Shown piece by piece: positions 10,888 through 27,600 of a DNA stretch of 64,000 nucleotides (position 1 is its first letter; each line of letters starts with the position of its first letter). Below the pieces are notes generated by a model. The model ran no database searches, was not told the DNA's origin, and worked only from the letters and a program-made list of their open reading frames with translations. Origin of the DNA: Klebsormidium nitens (Eukaryota; Plantae; Klebsormidiophyceae); contig DF237097.1 of assembly GCA_000708835.1 (NCBI GenBank), positions 107,221 to 171,220 of the forward strand. Reading direction: 5' to 3'. The position numbers were made by a program, and so were the translations under genes.

Positions 10888-13713
10888 ATGGCCGAGGAGA
10901 AGGCAGCGTCCACTAAGACCGCGGGGGGGCGGGAACACGTGCGGTTGTATACCCGGGGGACCATTTTGGGTCACAAGAGGTGAGGCGCGCCGGAGGTTGT
11001 TTGTTTGCTTTTGGGACGGGCACTCAGGTCCTTGTTACGCACGTCACAAGAAGATGATGGGTGATCGAAAAAGCAGAAGATGAGGGGTAATCTGAAGCAG
11101 AGTCCCAAGAATGGTGAATGTGCTTCATGTGGGCTCATAAAGCTTTGCGGGCATGGGATGCTCTGTTCTTTTTTGCTCTGGCGCAGCTGAAGCACAGAGC
11201 AGGGAAATCCGGAATGCCTTTTTTTGGTGAGCTTGTGGTTGATGCACAATCTGGCCATCTGCATCCGAAAGAGCAATGGTAATGGTTAAGGGGGGTGTCT
11301 CTGCTGGTCCCGCCAGCAAGTCTCACTGTGAAACTAGCAGATTGATTGCTTTTCTGACATGGAAATGGTTTGAGCAAAGTCACAAGGGGCAGAACGATAG
11401 AGCGTGGCCAATCACTTTTAAGCAGATAGATGGTGTACAGCTTCCACTTGCTGAGCATATATGGTTGACGAATTGAGCAACCAAAGTTCTTTCTGGCGTG
11501 TTGGCTCTACGCCTCTTGTCTGGCTTTATTTGAGAAGCATACCGCTCTTGAGGTACAATCGTCAGACAGTTCAGAGTAGTTACTGGCACTGCCTTCTCGT
11601 AAAGTCCCGGGCCCTGCAACGGAAATTCTATCCAGCACTTGTTTGCACTTGACTTCTACTGTCACCTGGGCAAACTTGTTTATTCAGAGTCTGGTGGTCG
11701 GTTCTTGAGGATATGCAGAAGGTAGATCAGTTGCACAGTGGGGCCTGCAAACAGCACGTTCAGGGTATGCAAGCGTTATTATACCGGGGTTGATTGGAAC
11801 CGTTAGAACCGCCAGAGTTCCACTCGGGCATCACAAATGACTAATGTGGACGGGGAAATGTAACGGGGCCATGCGGTAGAGACTTCTTGTCAAGCAAGGC
11901 CTGATGCTTAAGCGAATGGTTGCGGGCGTGCATTTGGTTATCGAAAGCCCAGCGGCGTCACGTGCGGTGTCTGTGCGGATCCTGTTTCCGTTTGTTGGCA
12001 TATCAGTACTCGAAGCATTCGTAGTTTCTAAGCTCAACTGAGTAGCTTTGGAAAGTTCTAGGTTCGCTGGGGACGTTCTCAAATGCGAGACAGATTGTTA
12101 TTCCTTCATCGGTTCTGAAGAGCACGTCCAACACGACTCTTCTTCCAGCGTCAGCTGATAGTCTTGATTTTGTTGATTTCAAAAGGTGCGGAGCAGGGTG
12201 GTTTGCTTGCGCAACCAGCAACTTGGTTGAGAAGTGCGGCGAATGCCGAAAACCGTTATGAATGTATCGGCAGCTTGAGTTTCTTTTGCTGTGCTGTGGA
12301 ATGTATAGACAGGCTGCAGCCACTTGGCACTTTGGCCAAGTCCGGAAGTCAGCTTTCAGGTTTTGAAACCCGCCACTGCAAGGTGCTGAGCTTGGGCCGT
12401 TCGACTGACACGAGCACAAAAATATGAGCCAAGGCAATGCTCCGCCAAACGCCTTTTCCTGGCGTCCTTCTATACCACTTTGGTTGAGAGTTCTTTTCTA
12501 GCAGTCTCGCTTTGTCTTGATGGAGTCAGAACCAGAAAGTCTTTCCCTGCTCCGATGCTGCCTTTCCCTTTGATCCATGTTTAGTCTACTCAGGTTGCTC
12601 CATATCTTTCCATTTTTCATTCCCCTCGGGATTTCCACGGAAACCCCCATGCCTACTGTCCTTCTTGCTCCCCTCGTCACTGCAAATGCAGGTCTCCAAA
12701 ATTTTATCAACAACTCAATCTGTATCTTCAATATTCAGGGGCAAGTCCGACCAGCATCCCAGCGCTGGTCAAATTGAGTCCTGTGCAGACAGACTCGCAA
12801 CTCTTCCATAAACTCTACCCGCATCTTAAGGACCTCCTGACAACCTTTTACTTGAATTTATGCCCTAGGGGCAAGTCCAACCAGCACCCCAGCACGTCGC
12901 TGGTCAAACTAGATTCGTGCAAACGATTTTGATCTTTTTTGTTTGGCTTTGAACAATCTGACGAACTTTTCACGACCCAGGGGCAAGTCCAACCAGCACC
13001 CTAGCACGTCGCTGGTCAAGATCGAGGGCGTGCAGACCAAGGAGGAGGTCGAGTTCTACCTGGGCAAGAAGCTCGCGTACGTCTACCGGGTGTCGTCCGA
13101 GAAGAACGGCAAGAAGTACCGCGCGATCTGGGGCAAGGTCACGCGGGCGCACGGAGGGAGCGGTGTTGTGCGCGCCCAGTTCCGGAAGAACTTGCCGCCC
13201 AAGTCCTTCGTGAGTGTCACTCGGTGTCTTTTTCAGCTGCTTATGGTTCAGGATTTGTGCTCCTTGTTCTTGTTTGCTTCCCTCGGTCGAGGCCTGCAGC
13301 GATGGTGCGCTGTAGTCCTGCCGCAAGATCAGCTACATGAAAGAAATACATGAGGGTGGTTGACTTGGTGGGACTCCAGCTGATGTGCGGGTTTGGAGCT
13401 TCTTTCGCAAGCTGAAGGACGATGTTGTAAGGCTTGTTGTTGCCTGATTTTGTTTGTTCAGGAGCGGAGCTGAAGCTGCATAAGAATGTCGGGGGTATCA
13501 GCAAGATCTGAGTGTCTCGTTGAAAAGCTCCCGCTCAGGCGGAAGCACATGTCTTAGGTTTCAGCAATTCAGCTCTGGGCTCGTAGGGGTGTGTCATCGT
13601 CATAACGGAGGGACTTGCTTTGATCAAACACAAGTTAAGGGGCGCCTAACAGTGCTGCTTTCCGACTGCAGGGTGCCACAGTACGAGTGATGCTCTATCC
13701 CAGCAGAATCTGA
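10888..13713 (+). CDS. RPL35A: 60S ribosomal protein L35a (eL33)
   Basis: Exons 10888-10979 ([31 protein letters not shown]), 12981-13209 ([35 protein letters not shown]...[28 protein letters not shown]) and 13672-13713 ([13 protein letters not shown]). Recognisable eL33 sequence; GT-AG introns in phase. Confidence 0.97.
12731..12908 (+). repeat. Two duplicated acceptor + exon-2 5' fragments in RPL35A intron 1
   Basis: ttcag|GGGCAAGTCCGACCAGCATCCCAGCGCTGGTCAAA (12739) and cctag|GGGCAAGTCCAACCAGCACCCCAGCACGTCGCTGGTCAAA (12869) versus cccag|GGGCAAGTCCAACCAGCACCCTAGCACGTCGCTGGTCAAG (12981). Confidence 0.93.
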
Positions 13714-15042
13714 TTCCAGGTACGTACTCTCGACTAAGGTCTCCGAAGTCAAATGAATGGTGGCAGAGCTGGTGGTTGTGATAGTTGGTGTTCACAGATG
13801 TCGCACAGCTTTCACAAAAGGAGGACGGAAGGATGCGCGGATTTTCAGAAACAGCTTCAGGTGGCTTCTCCAATCTGACCTTTACTTTTTTCTGTGCAGG
13901 TGTGAGTGAAAACATCATGTACAATTGACCTTGTTGAAAGCTCAGCAACTCGCCTTCACAAAGCTTCCCCAAGGCGTTCATTGATGTGTGTCACTTGCGT
14001 CATATGCTGATGGTATGCCCTGTTGACCAACATCATGTATGACGATTGATAAGTTAGTCATGTACTCAATTCTCTGGATGCAAAACATAAGTAATAGTGG
14101 CAATGGTTGCCAGAATTAGTCATGTGTTATTGCTTTGCCTAAGGAATTGTGGCCGCTGTCAATCACGAATCATCAAAAAAGATTCTGCGTAATGCCGGCT
14201 TGCATGTCCGAGAATGTGCACAGGTCTGGCACATGCAAGGGTTGGATGCGGTTTGTTGCACATGCTGGCCAACCGTTCGTATATCTGTCATGGATATTAA
14301 GTTGCACAGTATGTGAAGTTGTGCGCCTGGCGCACGTACAGATTCTTCGTAGACCAACTCGAGAATAATTAACTTGAGCATGTGTTACATGCAGCGGCCC
14401 TAATGTATCTACGTACTGCCATACGATGGTGTGCCGGTGATCAATTCATGCATGATTGCATGCATGCAGCCTTCGCAGAATTTAAAGACCGGGCGGTACG
14501 ATATGATCAAAAGTAGATATGTTTACTTCTATACTGACAATGGACATGGCGCATATGTCGATCGGCAATCGATAATTCAAGTACCGCCGCAGCGTATCAT
14601 CGGGGTAGGATAGAAGGAACTTTTTTGTCTGGCAGCCAGCGACCATCATGATTATAGCGGGTTCAGATTATTGGACATTATAGTATAATATAGATCTGTT
14701 TGCATTATGTGCGTATTGGTGTTTTCCGACTGATCCTGGATTCCGTTTACGAGTATTCCACCGTTTAGTGGGTTTCAACCACCGTGCAACCATGTCTGAT
14801 TATGTTGATTTCGTCACAAGAGGTCGGAACTGAAGTTGCGTCGTGACCTGAGAGATATGATAGCTCTTGGACCAACATAATAAGAGACATCACACGTGCA
14901 TGAGTTTTAGAGCGCGATGATTCGCTAGACTGGCAGCCAGGATTCAATGCAACTCGTACTACAAGACCTATGGGCGTACAATGATCACCTGATGATGCCC
15001 AAAAAGCAGTGGACGCAGCGGAAAAACACGAAACAATGTTCA

Positions 15043-18028
<2,986 letters not shown>

Positions 18029-18639
18029 CCTGCTCTCCGCTCCGCTCAACAACCCGGTTCTCGCCACTCGTGCCTTGCGTTCTACCCTCGTTAGACTGAA
18101 TGCAGCATGAAAAGCAACGTTCAAAAATCAAACTCAGATGGCGCCAGACCAGCAACGCTTTTCTTAGGATAGTATAGCTGCCGCCCTTTCACCCTTCAAG
18201 TTCAATGCTCATTCTCCGCAACTGATCTGAGACTGCACAGTCTGCAGCTAGCAGGCAGAATGCTAGGTGCGCGGCCGCCGACCGCAATCGCGCAGCCGCG
18301 TGATTCTACGCGCCCCTCTGACCCAGCCCTTGTCTTGAAGTTGAACCGTTGATGGATTGATTGCTGCCCTGATTCAACGGCCCTCGCGCAACTTCAAAAT
18401 TCAAGCTCATGCTCAGGAGTCAGCGGCCAGCCCATCATTCAAGCCTCTGGCTCATGATCCGCCTGCCTTCATGCAGCAGCAATTTCATCATTCATCATTC
18501 ATCATTCATGGGCTCTAGCCTCTGGAGCTTGAAGACGAAGGTCCTCAGCAGTGCCAAAAGTTCTCAGCACATCATCCTAGATAGCTGGTGCTAGTGGAGG
18601 GAACGTGGTGTATGGAAGGGAGAGTTCGTGAACGAGAGC

Positions 18640-21600
18640 ATGGAGCCGACGCCGCCTGTTGACTTCCGCGGTCTGCATGGCGTCCTAAGCTCAAGGACAC
18701 CCAACATTGCGAGCAAGAAGGAGCGGGAGGACGCTCTGAGGGAGCTGCTGCAGAAGCGCACAGCAAAGGCTGGCATGCAGAGGATGAGACGAAGCTCTGG
18801 GCCTGATGAGGAGCATAGTGGGGTGTCAAGTGTAGAGGAGAGGCCCTTTGATGATCGGAAAGAAGGGGCAAGTAGGACGATGATGGATTACCGGAATGGG
18901 CAGGCTGAGGTTGAAGTACGGGATGGTGGCTTAGGCAACGTGGAGCAGAAACCCTCAAGTGTGCAGACTCCCTCACGGCGCAGGTTAAAGAAGCTTGCTG
19001 AGGTCAATATCAATGAGTCTGCTCGAAGCTTTGGAGATGTGGTCGAGATCGAGGATGACTCTCCACAGCCCGATGCGTTGAGGAAAAGTAAGCCAGGTGC
19101 TGGAAGAGACAGGCGGCAAGTTGAAGGCAAGGAGAGTCCAAGTGACATTGCGGAGCAATTGGGGGGCCTATCCATAGACAAAGGCAGTAGTGCAGAAGTG
19201 AGTCTGATATTCCTTGGAGTGCCTCTCAAGAGCTTTTGTCCTGCATTTCAGCAGTTTGTTCTCCTGGTTGTTGATCCGGAGGGTCTCTAGCAGTAAACCT
19301 TTTGCCTTTCCCCGTAGCTCTTCTTGACTTAGCCTGCCTCCTTGCTTTCCTGGGACTCATCAAACTGGAGCAGCCTGCGAAGCTTGACACGCCAGGAGAC
19401 AGTCACCAGAATATGAAACATGTCCGTTCTGTTATCAGCAACATTGCTGGTGGCAAGCTTTTCAATGGGGCCTGTTTTTCATCTTAGGGACTCAGCATCC
19501 CACTTAAGTGACTTACAGATGCCTTCTCTGCAGACCAGGTCCTTCAACTGTTGCACACTTTGCTGTGGATTGACGCCCAGACTGCTCTCCTGCAGGCCTC
19601 TCGTCTTGTTGCACAGAGCAACCGGTTGGACCATGTGCTCCAGGTTTCCCGCCAGCAGGCCCTGCCGGATGATGACATCAGCGTCTCAAAACCACAGAAG
19701 AAGCAGTGGACGGACTGGCCTGAGCAGTCAGAGCAGGGGGAAGGGCGGAAGTCTGCTTATGCAGACCTCGGCAAGTCTACTAAACCTAGGCCGAAGGCTG
19801 CATTCGTAGACCTCGAGGAACAAGAGGACCCTCACACTTCCGGAAAAGGGGCTTTGAGTAAAGCAGCGTCACGCTCGAGCGAAAAGGCCTCGTTCGGTAG
19901 GAATGGTGTAATAGGGAAGGAGAGACGCCAAGAACACCGTGCAGGCCCAACTTTCGGACACAAAATGGGAGAGGAGCGCCAAGGCGGGGGCCCTGACAGA
20001 AAGCGAGAAGAGAGTTCCTCATTGAGGGAAGCGTCAACCAGTGGCTCTGAGCATAGGGACAGGGAGGCCAAAGAAGCGAGGGCGCGAGAGAGGGTTGAGG
20101 CGCTTCTGGCCAAGGACAAGGATGCAATGGTACTGGGGAAGGGCCGGTACTGCCTGCCTGGGCGGATTGCAAGGCAGCTGTACCCGCACCAGAGGGAGAG
20201 CATCGAGTGGCTCTGGAGCCTCCACGTGAAGAAGACGGGGGGCATTCTCGGCGATGATATGGGGCTCGGTGAGGACTTGATCAAAGTCGGACTCCTGATT
20301 TGTCGTTTTTCTGGGGATTGGAAGAGGGTCGGAGAGGGAGCAGGTGTATTCTCAGGGGTGTTGAGAGGAGTAGGCTTCATTCACTTTTGTCCAACCGTGG
20401 TGGAAAGATCTTCCTGTTTGGTTAGGTACTCATTGGTCTACAAACCTATTCACAGTAGTCTCCCTTCGATGCGCCGACTTGACTCGCAGATTGCAGAAAG
20501 CAACGTCAACCAGCAATACCAAAAACTTTTCAGGTGATCCGAATGCAAGCTTTGCTAAATCCTGCCGCTACCAACTTCTCCTCTCACCTTAGAAGCTCGA
20601 AAATCTCAACCTGACAGTCTGAGTTGGACCTCGTGCTTGCAGGCAAGACGATGCAGATTGCGTCGTACCTCACTGGGCTCTTCAAGTCACGCCTCATTCA
20701 CTGCGTTCTGATCGTGGCCCCCAAGACGCTGCTTGCGCAGTGGGAGCTTGAGCTCTCGGAGAAGTGTGGCATGGGGCGGCAGGTGCTCTCGTGAGTGGTA
20801 CTCGCACCCCACGTTGGCTGCTTACAAACTTCCGAAATTCCTGATCAAGTACCTGTTTAGCTATGGCATCGTCAAAATGTTGCAAGAGCGAGTGGCGCCT
20901 GATTCCTAGCTGTTTACCATTAGGAGGGCGTCCAACTGCGAGCTTTCATCACCCTCATCAAACTCTCCCAACCTGTAGCCAGATTCGCCTTGGCTTCTTG
21001 ATTACCACTTTTATATTTTAGAGCCATACCCACCGCACTGCATTTTGCCCTCATTGAAACCTGTCGAAATCGACTCCCCGGACCATAGTCATGAACTCTC
21101 CACTTTTCTGCATCGTAAGACCTCAATCCGCCTCTGCAAACCGGACAACTCTCCGCTTGGTAGGTACCACGAGGGGAGCCCGAACGAGCGGGCCTGGAAC
21201 CTGCGCCACACCTTACAGCAGGGGGGCATTCTGCTGACCACCTACGGCATGATCCAGCACAACGCGATCCCCCTGGCGGGGCTGGACCCAGAGATTGGCA
21301 AGGACGGCTTTGGCGAGATGGCTGACGATGTGGTGACGTGGGACTATGTCGTGCTGGATGAGGTAAGCATACGTGGCCGGGCGAGCTCTTGACGAAAGGC
21401 TTAGAGGTGGATCCTCCGAGTAGTCGTGTTGAAAAGTCATTGGTCCCATTCCTGCGAAACGGGATGTATCTTAAGTTCCTCTGGCTGATACTTGCTCAAG
21501 AAGGACAGATTGCTCACTTTGAGACTCGCACAAGAAGGTATTCGGTCTACAAAGAAAACCTAAACTTGACCGAAAGGCGTAAGCCGTTCGCATATTTGCA

Positions 21601-24600
21601 AGAAGGAAATACCACCTTTTGTTTCATCTTGCAGGGCCACCAGATCAAGAACGAGAAGACCGTGAAGGCGAAGAACCTGCGGAGCATTCCCGCCAGGCAC
21701 CGGGTCATCGTCAGCGGCACGCCTGTACAGAACAATCTCCAGGTAAGAAGACGGTCGACAAGCTCGCTAAGAACCAACCAGTCAATCATGTTGCTTCAGT
21801 TGAATTGTACACGAGTAATGTCAAATCGAGTTGCGTTCGTTTCCAGTGAGATGGGACAGGTCCGCTGATCAGCGACGCTGCATTCTGATTGTCGAATAAA
21901 CTGTTTGTGGTTTGCCCGTATTTGTCTACGTCAAAGTGTGCGCCTTATCAGATCGGGCGCCACATGGACCCGAACTCATGTTGAAGGTAATTTGGAACCA
22001 AGGCATCCCAAAATCGTCCGCACCAGATCCGTTCAGCCTGGGAAGCACCTTCGCTCAACGCCACCTGGTTCTTGCCAAAGCTTCGATGGCCGCCGTCGCT
22101 TCTCCTCCATTTGAAACGCCATGTTCGTACGGTGCCCTAGCATATCGGAGCTTGACAGCTGTCACCGGTTCCGCTCTCTGTAGGAGATTGGTAGTTGGTT
22201 CTTTTCGTGTCAAACAATCGCGAAGTTACGGGGAACTCGTCACAGTCCTGTGCTCGACCGTGATATAGGCTGACAGCTGTCACCGGCCCCGCTCTCTGCA
22301 GGAGATGTGGTCCCTCTTCGACTTCTGCTGCCCGGGGCTCCTGGGCGACATCCGCTCCTTCAAGGAGGAGTACGAGCGGAAGATCACCACCGGACAGAAC
22401 CGGGACGCTACAGAGCGCCAGAGGCACGTCGGAGTCGTCACCTCGCAAGTAAGTCTTTGCTAGGCTGGACTAGCGAAGACAACGGAAGTCAGCGCGGGGC
22501 ATGTACGGCAGAAGGATAGAATGCACCTACTCTCCCGTCGCAGATCCACGCACTTGCTGAACCCAAACGTTGCTTTGTTGGGCAACCTCTAATCATCTTT
22601 GATGGGCCGTCTTGTGGCAGCGACTGAAATGAGTGTCAGAAGTTGTCCAGATACAAACGATTGCAGCAGTTTGCTTTAGGTTGGTACATGATTGGAAGTG
22701 TTCCAAACAACTCGGTAGCCCAGCTTTTCGTATGAAAGTCAATTGCCTAGATGCATTCCAAATCTGATTCACCCTGTGCTCCTTCTGCGCGCAGAAACTC
22801 CGCGCCGTGATCGCGCCCTTCTTCCTGCGCCGCGAGAAGAAGGACGTCATCAAAACCCCAAACACCGGCGGCGGTCCAAACCCCTCCTCGTCGGCCGCGG
22901 CCGCGGGGGCCGCCTCTGGGCAGCGCCAGATGGACATGAGCGCGCGCAAGAATGATCTCATCGTGTGGCTGAAACCGACTGCGGAGCAGAAGCGGCTGTA
23001 CGTGTCGTTCCTGCAGAGCGAGCAGGTCAAGAAGGTGTTCAACGAGAAGCGGTCCGCGCTGGCAGCCCTCACGGTGAGCAACTAGGCTGGTCAGGTTAAG
23101 CTTGGAGATCATGAGGTCTAAGTGGTGGTATGATTACCTATGTCAAATGAGTATTTGCAGGTTGAGCGGAGCTTTGTCTGGCGGCGTTCTTATAATACGT
23201 GGCGTTCGCTGGAAATGAGGGAAGGAGAGTCGCTAATTCGGCCCGCCAAAGAGTTGGAGGTATTCTGTGATCCTGATTGCGAGTCGCTGATTCTAAGGAG
23301 GTGATTACTCTAGTCCACGAAAGTTGGTACGTTTTCATCAGCAGCTCATAATAGAGTTTGCACCTGGTTACGATTGTATGGTGGTGTTCCATTTTATCCC
23401 TTTCTTTATTGGAACAGAGCACAGAATTTGACTCATCTACTGAAGCGAGAAATCACCTCTACGTTCCGTTCCGCCCAGGTCCATAAGGAGATCTGCGACC
23501 AGACGCTGCCCTTCATCGAGCATGGATGCGACGGCGCTCAAAAGTTTCGTTCCGCTCAGGTCCTCAGGGAGGTCTATGACCATCCGCTGCCCCTCACCGA
23601 GCACGGAACCCTGAAGTTGCCTGGAGTCTTGCAATTATACACACAAGATCTGCGGCCTCCCGCTCCTCCTTATCGAGCACGGATGCTTTGATCTGGCGAT
23701 CGCACCTAAGTTCTCCGTTCCGTTCCGTTCCGCCCAGGTCCTCAAAAAGATCTGCGACCACCCGCTGCTCCTCACCGAGCGCGCAGCCTCCGAGATCTTT
23801 CGCGGCGCGTCACGGGCGGCCGCCAACGGTCCTTCCGACGAGCTCTCCGAAGGCGACGCGGCCGCGGCCGCGGAGCTCGCGCTCGAGATCGCGCGCGCGC
23901 GGGGGATCCCCCTCGGGGACGGCGGCTCGGCCGGGGACGCGTCGTGCAAGGTGCTGTTCCTGATGGAGTTGCTGGAGGACCTGACGTGGGCGGGGCACCG
24001 GACGCTGGTGTTTAGTCAGTCCAAGAAGATGCTGGACATCATTCAGGTGGGCGGTTGGTGTGGATTCTGGGTCGCAAGGACTTTTACGTGTTGCGAAGAT
24101 CTCGTTTTGGCAGCGGATGGAGAAGAGTAGAGCGGTCTGAAAGGTCGCTCCTGGTGGAGTTACTGGTGCTTCGCTGTTGTGGATGGTCGGTATGTCCGTT
24201 GAGAGATGCTTTCCTATGGGTTTCCTCCTTCAAATTGTTTCTGACGATGCTGTATTTGCATAAGCAGCAGAAAGCCGCTCGATCAATCCTCGCCATCATA
24301 GGGAACCTGAGGAGTATTCTACGTCGAAGTTGGTGCTCATTTAAAAGCATCTCGGAACATGTCAGCTCGTTCTGCTTATCGGAAGTTACTGGCAACTTGC
24401 AACCGCAGTTTTTATAAGTCCTCAAACGAGAATTGCTTATCACTTGTTGGATTGAAAGTTGCCACTAAACATATAGGGCAAAGTAAACATTGTAAGCAGT
24501 CAGGGTGTTGCCTTTTCTTCCCGTGAAGGCGACCATCCTTGTTTGTGCAGGCGGAGGTAGTCGCCCGGGACTTCCGCTTCTGCCGCATCGACGGGAGCAT

Positions 24601-27600
24601 CGTCAGCGCGCGCGAGCGCCAAAAGCTTGTCGAGGTACGTGGCAGCCTCTCAGCCGAATCGTCGGCTGACCACCTAAAAGGTTCCGTAAGTTCGGCTCCG
24701 GTCTTGTATTCACTATCTACCCCAACTGCCTTCGACGACATAGTACCTGATATGTTGTAAGCATCAAGCAGACGGGTTCGGCTGACGCTTGACTTTAGCG
24801 CGCAGCTGGCCCCAGCTGGAAGCTCCGCTCTGGGCCACACGATCGCAATAAACGACCTCAAATGACGCAAGATCAATAAGAAAGGCTCAAGCTTTGAAAC
24901 CCAGCTTTGCCGAATTCGAGTTCAATTCGCCCCCAAATGATTTCAACTCCACCTGCTCTCCATCCGCAGGAGTTCCAGACGGACCCGGACATCCCGGTCT
25001 TCCTGCTGACGTCACAAGTGGGCGGCCTGGGTCTCACGCTGACGGCAGCAGACCGGGTGGTCATCATCGACCCGGCTTGGAACCCGAGGTACGGATTCCA
25101 GAGCACCCCGTTCGTGCCATAATACAAATACAGCTTGAATCCCACTGTGCTTTCCCTTCTACTTAGTTGTACTTCGCTCCAGAGAGTTCCTCGTTGTTTT
25201 TGAGCTGGAACGTGGTCAGAAAAGGATCGAAGCCCGTGGCTCCTAAAATGAGGCCTTAGAACCGGACGCTTCCGAAATGCGGCGCGTGTTAAGGCGATCG
25301 CAGGGGCCAAACAGATGAAAGCTTAAGAACGTCAAGGGAGTGCCGTGGCAACCTTGGTCCACAGACACTTTGCAGCTGTTTCCTGTGAGAAGTTTCAGGA
25401 TGTCCTTTCTCAAGGCAGCCCTGCGACGTTGCTGTGTATTTGCCAAACTGGGTCCACACCTATGATTATGAGATCCTTGTACCGTACTGGTAATTGAGTT
25501 CGGCAAAAACCAGATGATCATGTGGCCTGCCGAAACTTTCAGACGTTATCATGAGGCGATCATGATTCCATTGTTTTAGCAGGTAACTTTGAGTCTGCCG
25601 GAAGGACTACATGTCTCACAAGGCCGGTTACAACACCCTGTAAAGTCCTCTGTCTTTGCAGCGTGGACAACCAAAGCGTGGACCGCCCATGCATGGGGCA
25701 GGCGCGCGACGTGGTGGTCCACCGGCTGATAATGGTTTGATTATATTAGCAGGTAACTCTGAGTCTGCCGAAAGGAATAAAAGATTTCATGAATACAGTT
25801 ACAACACCCTACAACTCTGCCTTCGCAGCGTGGACAATCAGAGCGTGGATCGCGCGTATCGCATTGGGCAGGCGCGCGACGTGGTAGTCTACCGGCTGAT
25901 CACGGCGGGCACGATCGAGGAGAAGATCTACTGCAAGCAGGTCTTCAAGGGCGGCCTCATGCGCGCCGTCACCGAGCACAAGGACTACAAAAAGATGTTC
26001 AACGAGAACGTGAGGACGCGCTCGGTGGGATCCCTCCGCCCTCTTTGCTCTCGTTTGATCTGAAGGGGTGGCGCGGCGATTGGGGATTGCGGGTTTGGAG
26101 TCCTGCGCTTTGTGCTTCCGTGGAACTGTTCGATTGTCTGGTGAAAGTCTACCTTGATCCGATTTTGGTTAGTCAAGTCTGCCGCTTCGCTAATAAAAGC
26201 GACGAATGCTTTGAGTAGTAGTTGAAACCTACATTTTTGGCTAGTCACTTCTGCCGCTTCGCAAACAAACCGACGGATGCCTGAGTTGAAGACTGCAAGA
26301 AGATGTTCAACGAGAACGTGAGGACGCGCCCAAGGGGATCCCTCCGCCCTCTTTTCTCTTTTTTGATCTGAAGGGGTCGCGCGGCGATTGGGGATTGCCG
26401 ATGTGGAGTCCTGCGCTTTGTACTTCTTGTGCTTCCATGGAGACGTTCAGTGTCTGCTGACGGTCCAGCTTGATCCGTTTTTGGCTGGTCACGTCTGCTG
26501 CTTCGCAAAAACAAACGACGGATGCTCGAATTAAAGACCACAAGAAGATGTTCAACGAGAATGTGGGTGGGTATCCCTGACCTTTGGTTTGCGGTTCGGT
26601 CCAGCGTCTATGCGTCACGCAGTAAGAGGTGTTGTCATCCTGCCATTGTGCTGGTCTGTTGTGCCTCGTTTCGCTGGCTATCTCGGCCTTCTGTACGCGA
26701 TATTCTATGAAAGGGGTCCCTTCTGAGGCGCCAAACTTCTCGCAGAGGCGTTCCGAGCACCCTAAAGTTTGAATTCCGCCCTGAAGGAGATCAAAACCAC
26801 CTCTTTGAACTGAAATTCTGCCAAAGTTGCCTTTGCTCGGGGTCTAGCTTCTATCCTTTTCTGCCCAGCTCCCAAGTGCAGTCTAGTTTCTCGGTCTTGC
26901 ATGTGAGGCTGGTTTCTCGGTCTTCTGCCCTGTCCGTTTACCGCGCTTCTTCATCATTCCTTTGCATTGAGCTGTTCTCTCAATGTCCCTTGTTTACTCC
27001 TTCTCCGTCCCTCTCTTTCTTGCCTCCTGATTCCAGTTTCCAGCTCGCTTTGCTTCGTAACATACTTCAAGGCTGCCCTCTCCCTGTTCTCTGCAGGAGC
27101 TGCGGGCCCTGTTCTCCATCCCCGAGCGCGGCTTCGAGCACTCCGAGACCATGGAACGGCTGCACAAGTCGCAGGCGGGACTGGTGGAAACGTGAGGCGA
27201 CGCTTTGTCCACATCTGTAAAAGGCTTTCAGATCTTTGCATCTCTAAGGTTTATCTTTGGTGCGAGGATCTCAGGGGAGGGCATGAAAATCGAGGAAGGA
27301 TTTGGACACTTGTAGATTGCCGAGCTCATGTTTGGCCGTTCGAGGCTTTTCCTCCTTGCGAGGAAAGGTGTTCCTTTCCATAGTCACCGAGAGCAAGGCT
27401 TCAGCCAAGGTGATTGTGTTGTTGAAGCGACGATCTGTACCAGCGTGTGCAGTTTGGATAGGTATTCCTAGCTGACCGGAGCCAGTTTTGCAACCTGACT
27501 CGATGAATTTGCGGATCATCGCACATTCCTTCACAGACATCTGCAGTCTCCTCACAGATCCAGCAAAACACCTTTTTGAATCAGACAGACATTGATCATA

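Noticed and set aside
10980-13671. Intronic snoRNAs in the long RPL35A introns (e.g. GCATCA...CTGA-TGC stem at ~11828-11907)
   Set aside because: No canonical RUGAUGA C box was found in either intron, and no recognisable rRNA-complementary guide; an Infernal/snoscan search would be needed.
23462-23790. CRISPR-like repeat-spacer pattern in the repeated cgttccgcccag units
   Set aside because: The units are diverged copies of a splice acceptor/exon start in a eukaryotic intron; there are no identical repeats with unique spacers and no cas genes.
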